Shown in pieces: positions 9,637-16,554 of a stretch of DNA of 32,000 nt. Made by a program: the position numbers and the translations under genes. The notes under the pieces were generated by a model. The model was not told the origin of the DNA, ran no database searches, and saw only the letters and a list, made by a program, of their open reading frames with translations. Every line of letters starts with the position of its first letter. Position 1 is the stretch's first letter. The DNA is taken from contig NZ_JHXR01000004.1 of assembly GCF_000621645.1 (NCBI RefSeq), positions 90,001 to 122,000 on the forward strand, read 5' to 3'. This DNA comes from Vibrio cholerae ATCC 14035. GTDB lineage: Bacteria > Pseudomonadota > Gammaproteobacteria > Enterobacterales > Vibrionaceae.

Positions 9637-10644
9637 ATGAAAAAAACAGTGACTCTGCTAGCGGTGTCTTTACTGGCTGCGTGTCAGAGTGCTCCAGACA
9701 TGGAGCATCCTAGTCAAGCGGTATTCGAGCTAGAGCGTGAATCTGCCCACCTTCTCGCTGAGCAAACCAAGCAGTTACAGCAGCGTATGGCTCACTATTG
9801 CCAAGCGCCGACGACGGATATATCAGCACTGAAACAAGAGTGGCAAGCCAGCATGCAAGGTTGGATGGCCTTACAAGGACAGCAGCGTGGGCCGAGTGCC
9901 GCATTAGATTTGAGCTGGAATATGCAATTCTGGCCAGATAAAAAAGACACGACTGGGCATAAAATGAAGCAGCTGCTCGCCAAACCGCCAGTATGGGAAG
10001 TCGACGATATTGCAAAACAGAGTGTGGCAGTGCAAGGGTTGGGGGCATTGGAATGGCTCATTTTCGATAGCGCATCGCCTTTGCTGACTGCACCGCAGCA
10101 AGCTTGTCCAGCCGCGATGGCTATCAGTGCGACTGTGCAGCGTAATGCCACTCACATTGCTAAGGCTTGGCAAGAGAACCCATGGCAATCTTTGGATGAT
10201 CGCACTTGGCGTGCGGAGTACATCGCGCTGCTTTCCAATCAGTTGGAGTTTACGCTCTCTAAGCTCAATCGGCCGCTGGCCAACATTGGTCAGCCACGGC
10301 CTTATTTCTCGGAGTCGTGGCGCTCGAAAACCTCGCTGAGCAATATGCGTTATAACTTGTTGGCGATTCAAGCCTTATACCTTGCCGATGGCAAAGGTAT
10401 GGATGCGATGCTGCGCCAACAAGGTATGGTTGCCACGGCGGATCGCGTCACCACGCAGTTGGCCGGGATTATCGAAACTTGGCCGCAACAAGCAAGCCTG
10501 TTTGATTTGCTGCAAACCAAAGCGGGGTATCGCGAGGGTTTAGTTTTGCGCGACAAGCTCGAGCAACTGAACTATTTGCTGCACGACGAAGTGGCTGTGG
10601 GACTCGGTGTGGTCATAGGGTTTAATGCAACCGATGGTGACTGA
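9637..10644 (+). CDS. Imelysin-like lipoprotein (degenerate motif paralogue of irpA)
   Basis: AGGAGAG lies just upstream of the ATG, 9 nt after the previous stop. Lipobox LLAAC (MKKTVTLLAVSLLAACQS). The segment QGLGALEWLIFDS aligns to the irpA GYHAIEFLLWGQD motif with Gly in place of His. Confidence 0.78.
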   Translation: MKKTVTLLAVSLLAACQSAPDMEHPSQAVFELERESAHLLAEQTKQLQQRMAHYCQAPTTDISALKQEWQASMQGWMALQGQQRGPSAALDLSWNMQFWPDKKDTTGHKMKQLLAKPPVWEVDDIAKQSVAVQGLGALEWLIFDSASPLLTAPQQACPAAMAISATVQRNATHIAKAWQENPWQSLDDRTWRAEYIALLSNQLEFTLSKLNRPLANIGQPRPYFSESWRSKTSLSNMRYNLLAIQALYLADGKGMDAMLRQQGMVATADRVTTQLAGIIETWPQQASLFDLLQTKAGYREGLVLRDKLEQLNYLLHDEVAVGLGVVIGFNATDGD

Positions 10645-11707
10645 TGCAACACGTCGCCACTTATTGCAAGTGGCGCTTTTTGGCTGCACGACACCTTGGC
10701 TAATCAGCGGTTGTAGCTCTGCGCGATCGCCCCAGCCAGCCTTGATTGGCTGTGCAATAGAAGGGCGAGAACGCTTTAGTGTAGTGATGGCAGATAACGC
10801 TGGGCAGGCGGTTGGTAAGCTTGCCTTACCTGCTCGAGGGCATGGTATTGCCATTCACCCAACGTTGCCGCATGCGGTGGCTTTTGCACGCCGCCCCGGT
10901 CAGTTTATGTCGGTGTTTGATTATCAAACGGCTCAGCAAATTGTGCTGCGTCCCGCCGATACGCAGCGTCACTACTACGGACATGGTGTCTATTCACATG
11001 ATGGCCGCTACTTATATGCCACGGAAGGGGGGCAGAAAACCAGTCGTGGTGTGATTGGCGTTTATGATGTGACTCACCACTATCAAAAAGTCGCGGAATG
11101 GAGCGGTTTTGGGATTGGTCCTCACGAAGTGATCTTGATGGCCGATGGTCGTTTGGTTGTGGGGGTTGGTGGCGTCCACACTTTTGGCCGTGAGCCGTTA
11201 AATCTAGAGAGTATGCAGCCAAGTTTGACTTACCTCTCAGCGCAAGGTGAGGTACTGGAGCAAATCACTTTACCTGATCGCCATCTGAGCATCCGTCATT
11301 TGGCTCATGATGGGGATAACACAGTCCTGTGTGGTCAGCAATATCGCGGCCAGCCAGACGATTATCCTCCCTTAGTTGCCATGCACACGGGGACTGGTCC
11401 GCTTAAGCCATTACAAGCAGAGCCTGAGCAGTGGGCGCGTTTTAATCACTATATTGCCAGTATTGCGGCGACCGATGAGTGGATTCTTGCCACCTCTCCC
11501 CCCGGGAATTGCTATGGGATCTGGTCAAAAGCCACGGGCGAATTGGTGGAATTAGCCGCTTTAGCCGATGCTTCCGGCGTGGTTGTTCGCCATGGTGCTT
11601 TTCAAATCAGTTCGGGGTCGGGCAAAATCATTTTGCAATCTGCACCTGAGCTCTCGCAATCGCATATGAGCAATGTGATGTGGGACAACCATTGGTCAGC
11701 GATCTAG
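10625..11707 (+). CDS. DUF1513-family protein with twin-arginine signal and lipobox
   Basis: The N-terminus MQPMVTDATRRHLLQVALFGCTTPWLISGCSS has a Tat-type T-R-R-x-L-L motif and an I-S-G-C lipobox. It overlaps the upstream gene by 20 nt (11 nt if ATG 10634 is used). Family name is from memory. The many short Gly/His-containing repeats suggest a beta-propeller, but I could not test that. Confidence 0.72.
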   Translation: MQPMVTDATRRHLLQVALFGCTTPWLISGCSSARSPQPALIGCAIEGRERFSVVMADNAGQAVGKLALPARGHGIAIHPTLPHAVAFARRPGQFMSVFDYQTAQQIVLRPADTQRHYYGHGVYSHDGRYLYATEGGQKTSRGVIGVYDVTHHYQKVAEWSGFGIGPHEVILMADGRLVVGVGGVHTFGREPLNLESMQPSLTYLSAQGEVLEQITLPDRHLSIRHLAHDGDNTVLCGQQYRGQPDDYPPLVAMHTGTGPLKPLQAEPEQWARFNHYIASIAATDEWILATSPPGNCYGIWSKATGELVELAALADASGVVVRHGAFQISSGSGKIILQSAPELSQSHMSNVMWDNHWSAI

Positions 11708-11956
11708 GCATAACCCTCCTACTTGATGTGGCAGCGGCGTTGGCCACGTTTGTTCACCCCATAGTCTCTCTGGGCTTATGGGGATGAACGTACTTGCCGC
11801 CGCCTTGCTTGCCATCATCCTGCAACGCTCATTCGTTTGGGAATAGAACGACCGACGATAAAGATGAGACACGAGTGAAAATAGTCCTATCAATAGCTTA
11901 ATTTTGCGGCTGAGTTTTGCCATACTTAGTGCATCTTCAGCCAGTAGGGCGTTTTG

Positions 11957-13528
11957 ATGAAAAGCCGAGTCGTTGCCGCTATCGCATTGTTATTCTTTGT
12001 TATTCCGTGTTCTGCCACCCAGCGTTTTGTTGAATTGGGGTGGATTGATAGCACTTCGCCGGTCAATGAACAGATCACCAACCCGGCTTTGGTTGAGCAA
12101 ATCTATCACAGTAACAATGATCAGTTACTGTGGAGCGATCTTGCCACAGCGAACCATTTTGAAGCTCAGCTTGAGGTGATTCACCGTGCGAGTTTCAGCC
12201 CTTTATTTAGCCGACAACTTTTCGCGCTCAAAAGCTATCGTCAGCAAGATAGATGGCATGAGTATGATGTGTTAGCGACCGACACTTTACTGCAATACCT
12301 CAGCTATGCTGAGCAGGCACCAAAAGTCGGTATTGCTTGGTTTTTTGAAGGTCAACTTGATCAACCTCTTGCTCTGCCGAGTGAAGAGGCGCAACTGGCT
12401 TTGCATATGGCGATCGGTAACCAGTCGCTCGCTCGCTTAATGGATGAATACACCCCACAAGACCCTGCTTATCAACAACTGCTGCAGGCGTATCAATCAC
12501 TCTCGAGCATTGAGTTTAATGAGGTGGCACTATACGAGCAGATGGAGCGGCTTAAGCGTCCGGGTGACCCATTAAGCCACCGTGAAGCTTTAGTGCAGCG
12601 TTTAGCTCTGGTGAATCTGGATACCACATCCATCTTGAATGATGTGGCCTATTACGACGCCTCGCTTGAAAAACCGATCAAGCAGTTTCAGAAGATGCAT
12701 GGCTTGCAGCCTGATGGCGTGATTGGCCCACAAACCATGAAGTGGTTGAACACATCCGTAACTGAGCGCCTTGCCTTATTAGCGCTTAATGCAGAGCGGA
12801 TTCGCTTATGGCCAACCCAGCAAGACAGCATGATTGTGGTCAATGTGCCCGGTTTTGATATGAAGTATTGGGATGCCGGCCGCGAAGTCTTTGAAGCCAA
12901 GGTTGTGGTAGGCAAAACCACCAGGCCGACACCGGTGATGAATACCAAACTCGATTCACTGATCATCAATCCAACTTGGAATGTGCCGCATAAAATCATG
13001 GTGGAAGACATCCTACCCATGGTGAAACGTGATAGTGAGTATCTCGCCAATCATCATATGGAAATCATTCGTGGTTGGAGCGATCCAGAAGTGATTGATC
13101 CTGCGCTGATTGATTGGGAAACCGTTGATCCGGCAACCTTCCCATACCGTCTGCGCCAACAGGCAGGCGTGCAAAATGCGCTTGGGACCTATAAGTTTAA
13201 TACGCCCAATTCACGCGCTATCTATCTGCATGATACGCCGAGCAAGCATCTGTTTAATAACGCGTCTCGGGCGTTCAGTTCTGGCTGTATTCGGGTAGAA
13301 AACGCTGAAAAGTTTGCGCAAACCTTACTCGCTAATCAGGGCATTACGCTCGACGATTTTCCAGTGAGCACCCAAGCGATTGCGCTCAAAAAGCGCATTC
13401 CAGTCCACATCATCTATCAGACCGTGTGGTATGAAGAAGGTGTGCTACATTATCGTGATGATATTTATCACTATGATGCTTTAGCTCTCGGCAATGGTGA
13501 CGCGTCTCCAAATTTGACTAAAATTTGA
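11957..13528 (+). CDS. ldtA: L,D-transpeptidase, YcbB/LdtD type (YkuD domain plus PG-binding domain)
   Basis: Signal peptide MKSRVVAAIALLFFVIPCSA. PG-binding motif KQFQKMHGLQPDGVIGPQTMKWLN. Catalytic YkuD motif YLHDTPSKHLFNNASRAFSSGCIRVEN. ATG 11957 is preferred over TTG 11954. The symbol follows my recollection of V. cholerae LdtA, the E. coli LdtD orthologue. Confidence 0.9.
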   Translation: MKSRVVAAIALLFFVIPCSATQRFVELGWIDSTSPVNEQITNPALVEQIYHSNNDQLLWSDLATANHFEAQLEVIHRASFSPLFSRQLFALKSYRQQDRWHEYDVLATDTLLQYLSYAEQAPKVGIAWFFEGQLDQPLALPSEEAQLALHMAIGNQSLARLMDEYTPQDPAYQQLLQAYQSLSSIEFNEVALYEQMERLKRPGDPLSHREALVQRLALVNLDTTSILNDVAYYDASLEKPIKQFQKMHGLQPDGVIGPQTMKWLNTSVTERLALLALNAERIRLWPTQQDSMIVVNVPGFDMKYWDAGREVFEAKVVVGKTTRPTPVMNTKLDSLIINPTWNVPHKIMVEDILPMVKRDSEYLANHHMEIIRGWSDPEVIDPALIDWETVDPATFPYRLRQQAGVQNALGTYKFNTPNSRAIYLHDTPSKHLFNNASRAFSSGCIRVENAEKFAQTLLANQGITLDDFPVSTQAIALKKRIPVHIIYQTVWYEEGVLHYRDDIYHYDALALGNGDASPNLTKI

Positions 13529-13673
13529 CAGCAGATATTTTTCCTTTCTGCTCAAGGAATAAGCGAGATTCTCTCTAGAATCAGTGATAGTTAGCACGTT
13601 TTATGCATTTGATATCGAACCCAGAGTCCGGTACTTTCCGTATCGATAGAGCCCAGTTCGGTAGGTAATTAAA

Positions 13674-14222
13674 GTGCAAACAACACGTCGAGATTTCTTA
13701 AAACTGACTGCGGGCGGATTAATTTTAGCCGCCTGTACGCCCAGCATCGCGTTCGCGAGTTATGCCGCCAAGCCAAGAGAATTGGCATTAAGCAACTTAC
13801 ATACAGGCGAAAGCATTGAAACGCGCTATTTTAATGGCAAAAATTACGTTCGTTCTGAATTGAAACGGCTGAATCATTTATGCCGTGATTTTCGTCGTGA
13901 CGAAGTGCATGCCATGGATAAGTTGCTGTTTGATCAACTGTGCCAAATCCAATTGCTACTTGGCACTCAAGCCGAGGTGCATATTGTCTCTGGTTACCGC
14001 TCTCCCGCGACCAACAAGCAGCTACGCAGTAAATCAAAAGGCGTGGCGAAGAAAAGTTACCACATGTCTGGGCAGGCCATCGATTTCCGTTTGGATGGTG
14101 TGTCGCTAAAGAAAATCCGTGAAGCGGCGATCAGTTTGCAAGCGGGCGGTGTTGGTTACTATCCGAAAAGCCAATTTATCCACATTGATACCGGCCCTGT
14201 ACGCCAATGGGTCGGTGCCTAA
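13674..14222 (+). CDS. mepK: Tat-exported peptidase-M15A/DUF882 murein endopeptidase (YcbK/MepK)
   Basis: GTG start. Consensus Tat motif TRRDFLK. Collinear with E. coli YcbK as recalled (LSNLHTGES, SGYRSPATN, GVAKKSYHMSGQAIDF, GGVGYYPKSQFIHIDTGP). Confidence 0.88.
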   Translation: MQTTRRDFLKLTAGGLILAACTPSIAFASYAAKPRELALSNLHTGESIETRYFNGKNYVRSELKRLNHLCRDFRRDEVHAMDKLLFDQLCQIQLLLGTQAEVHIVSGYRSPATNKQLRSKSKGVAKKSYHMSGQAIDFRLDGVSLKKIREAAISLQAGGVGYYPKSQFIHIDTGPVRQWVGA

Positions 14223-14285
14223 CTTGTCAAAGGCGGGCGTTAATGACATAGTGCCTGCCAGTTAAGAATCAGACAGGATAGGTTT

Positions 14286-14942
14286 ATGTCTTTACAATAT
14301 CAGGTGGTGCCTGTTACGGCCTTTGCTCAGAACTGCTCTATCGTGTGGTGTGATGAAACCATGGAAGGCATAGTGGTGGATCCGGGTGGTGATGTGAAAC
14401 AGCTCGCGATTTTGATCGCGGAGCTAGGCGTAAAAGTAACCCAACTGGTACTGACTCATGGTCACCTTGATCACGTTGGTGGTACGCAGTCACTGGCGCA
14501 AGCTCTCGGTGGAACTCGGGTTGTCGGGCCGCACAAAGCGGATAATTTCTGGCTACAAGGGCTCGAAGGGCAAAGCAAAATGTTTGGCTTTCCGCTTACT
14601 GAAGCCTTTGAACCTGATGAGTGGCTCGATGATGGTGATGTGATCCACTTTGGTCAGCAAACTCTGCAAGTTATCCATACTCCCGGACATACACCAGGTC
14701 ATGTTGTGCTGTTTAGTGAAGCGGCACGTTTGGCGTTTGTGGGTGATGTGCTGTTTAACGGCAGTATTGGCCGTACGGATTTCCCGCAAGGGGATTTCAA
14801 TACTCTGATTGCGTCTATCAAAAATAAACTCTGGCCGCTTGGCAGCGATGTCACCTTCATCCCCGGTCATGGCCCCCAATCTACCTTTGGCCGTGAACGT
14901 GCCAGCAACCCATTTGTCGCGGACGAAATGCCGCTCTACTGA
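14286..14942 (+). CDS. ycbL: Metallo-beta-lactamase-fold hydrolase (YcbL/GloC-like glyoxalase II type)
   Basis: HxHxDH motif THGHLDHVGG plus downstream HTPGHTPGH and GHG metal ligands. Same position after ycbK as in E. coli. Confidence 0.85.
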   Translation: MSLQYQVVPVTAFAQNCSIVWCDETMEGIVVDPGGDVKQLAILIAELGVKVTQLVLTHGHLDHVGGTQSLAQALGGTRVVGPHKADNFWLQGLEGQSKMFGFPLTEAFEPDEWLDDGDVIHFGQQTLQVIHTPGHTPGHVVLFSEAARLAFVGDVLFNGSIGRTDFPQGDFNTLIASIKNKLWPLGSDVTFIPGHGPQSTFGRERASNPFVADEMPLY

Positions 14943-15610
14943 AGATCCTCTGGCTCGGCAGCGGCAAGATAGCGCCGAGCCAATCCGACAAACTCTTCTG
15001 CACTGCGATCTAAGTCCTGCTCTGAAATAAAAATATCGTAACCAAAGAAGTCACGTTGATACTGCATTCGATTGGCCAGCATGGCTTGCAGTCCGGTGTA
15101 TTGTTTACCTTCGGCGTCCACATAGGGTGTGGAATCCAATACCAGATCTTCAAATTGATGATGCCGCGCTTTTTGTTGAGCACCGAGATAGAGTAAGGCG
15201 CGTTGGCTGAGCAACAGTTGGGTCGATAAGCGAGGGCAAATACTGTTGAGGTAGGGCGCGTAATGTTTAAGACGAATGCCAACCCAAGGTAGAGGTTGAT
15301 GCCAGCCTTCCCGCTCGTAACTGCACACACCAATCTGGCTGATATTATTCCATTTCACCACCCAACCGCCTTGATAAAAATGCTGCTGGAGATGGGTTGC
15401 CGTTAATGTGTAAGCCACTTGTCCTTTTAACATCAACCAGTAGGCAATGCCTGCCCAAGCCATGAGCGCGAGTATTCCGACCACGGCTTGCAAAAGGGAT
15501 TCGGCGATGCCAATGACTATCAAAGTGACAAGGCCAGCCAAGGCTAACAGTCCCTTTATCACGAAAGGCGTGAAATGGATCTGATGATTGTAAAGTTGCA
15601 AAGTGGGCAT
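14936..15610 (-). CDS. Hypothetical inner-membrane protein (two N-terminal TM helices plus a soluble domain of about 150 aa)
   Basis: Track ORF 14936..15652. I prefer ATG 15610 (MPTLQLY..., GAGAAGG just upstream); ATG 15652 is possible. TM segments are FVIKGLLALAGLVTLIVIGI and AVVGILALMAWAGIAYWLML. No family confidently recognised. Confidence 0.6.
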   Translation of the reverse strand: MPTLQLYNHQIHFTPFVIKGLLALAGLVTLIVIGIAESLLQAVVGILALMAWAGIAYWLMLKGQVAYTLTATHLQQHFYQGGWVVKWNNISQIGVCSYEREGWHQPLPWVGIRLKHYAPYLNSICPRLSTQLLLSQRALLYLGAQQKARHHQFEDLVLDSTPYVDAEGKQYTGLQAMLANRMQYQRDFFGYDIFISEQDLDRSAEEFVGLARRYLAAAEPEDLQ

Positions 15611-15782
15611 GCCCTTCTCACTCTTTGGCCGTGTCGCCCAAATTATAGTCATCTAAGCGGGCTAAAGATCATTTGTCGCCGAGAACTTGACCTCATCCCT
15701 ACAAACGTCGAACGTAATTTGCTATAAAGCGCGCTTCAAAATTTTATGACTGCCTTTGGGCAGTGAAATGGAGACCGACCCG

Positions 15783-16169
15783 ATGAGACTAGCTCATAAG
15801 CGTAAAGTGCAGGCTAAGCTGCAAAAACGCATTAAAGCGATCGTTGCTAACCTTGCCACGGTAAAATCGAGCACCTCTGTGCAGCAACCTGCGCAATCCG
15901 TGCACTCAAAGGCCCTTTCGGCGCACCAATCTGAGCAAGCAGCAACGCCAACTGTGGCTTGTCAACTGACGCCAAAACAGCAGCAAGTCCTTGAGATTGT
16001 GCGTGGCGCAGTAGAGGGGATTAACCCCAAAGCGATTGGTTTGCTTGCAGGCCAAGAGGAAGCGAAAGCTTCTGCATGGGCCGCGGGCGCGCTAAAAAAA
16101 CTGCTCGATGAAAAGCTGGTTGAGAAAAACCAAGTCGGCAATAAAGTGACTTACACTCTGGCGGTGTAA
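15783..16169 (+). CDS. Small basic protein with a C-terminal winged-helix-like domain, function unknown
   Basis: Track ORF 15756..16169 (TTG start). Candidate ATGs are at 15768 and 15783, and GGAG lies 9 nt before 15783. The N-terminus is basic (RLAHKRKVQAKLQKRIK). The C-terminal LTPKQQQVLEIVR...KLVEKNQVGNKVTYTL resembles a wHTH. A hairpin follows the stop. Confidence 0.55.
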   Translation: MRLAHKRKVQAKLQKRIKAIVANLATVKSSTSVQQPAQSVHSKALSAHQSEQAATPTVACQLTPKQQQVLEIVRGAVEGINPKAIGLLAGQEEAKASAWAAGALKKLLDEKLVEKNQVGNKVTYTLAV

Positions 16170-16177
16170 GTTCTAAG

Positions 16178-16201
16178 TAAAGCTCCGTTATCGGAGCTTT
16201 A
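16178..16201 (+). terminator. Stem-loop after the wHTH gene (weak U-tract)
   Basis: TAAAGCTCCG-ttat-CGGAGCTTTA, a 10-bp perfect stem. Only TTT lies within or after the stem, so termination efficiency is uncertain. Confidence 0.5.
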
Positions 16202-16312
16202 CTACTGCTGACCAAGGTATCTACTGGCTCCTAGTTCACTTGATCTGTTATTGTCTTGCAAGTGATAGCTATGCCTTTGTCACATTTTTTACTCTTTTCT
16301 TTAAAATCCTCT

Positions 16313-16332
16313 CACGTAGAAATGACTACGTA
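16313..16332. promoter_or_regulatory. Inverted repeat CACGTAG-N6-CTACGTA (candidate operator)
   Basis: ACGTAG (16314-16319) and CTACGT (16326-16331) are perfect reverse complements separated by 6 nt, in the AT-rich region upstream of the TRAP operon. Confidence 0.3.
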
Positions 16333-16398
16333 TATCCCCATCATATATTCATTAATCTTTCTTTATCCTTTTGTTTTTCAATATATTTTGTTTTTTTT

Positions 16399-16406
16399 CT
16401 ACGTAG
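16399..16406. promoter_or_regulatory. 8-bp palindrome CTACGTAG (second copy of the same motif)
   Basis: Self-complementary CTACGTAG, with context TCTACGTAGT. Its centre is 80 bp from the centre of the first repeat. It overlaps a TAGTAAT -10-like element. Confidence 0.3.
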
Positions 16407-16554
16407 TAATACTTAAGACGAATGGCTAAACCGTGCGGTTAGGGTGTTACTTGGCTGCGTGGTCTCGCCGATTTCTTGTCTTACGAATATCGACCACATT
16501 GTTGACGAGCCTGTTGCAGGGTGCGCAGGTATGGATAACCAAGGACGTCAAACC

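Noticed and set aside
8226-10854. Antisense or off-frame track ORFs across the DUF1111, imelysin and DUF1513 genes (for example 8226..8618, 9047..9415, 9193..9537, 9795..10151, 9904..10371, 10540..10854).
   Set aside because: All overlap sense genes that have signal peptides and family motifs. Their translations are Arg/Ser/Cys/His-rich and look like shadow frames.
11696-11923. A 75-aa minus-strand ORF in the spacer between the DUF1513 gene and ldtA.
   Set aside because: It has no SD and an odd composition, and it would run head-on into the preceding gene's 3' end. The region is more plausibly the ldtA promoter and leader. An imperfect hairpin at about 11755-11788 lacks a U-tract, so I did not call it a terminator.
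16444-16554. N-terminal extension of the TRAP binding protein from GTG 16444 (MLLGCVVSPISCL...).
   Set aside because: The extension would bury the signal peptide 37 residues inside the protein. ATG 16555 has an AAGGA SD and gives a normal Sec leader.
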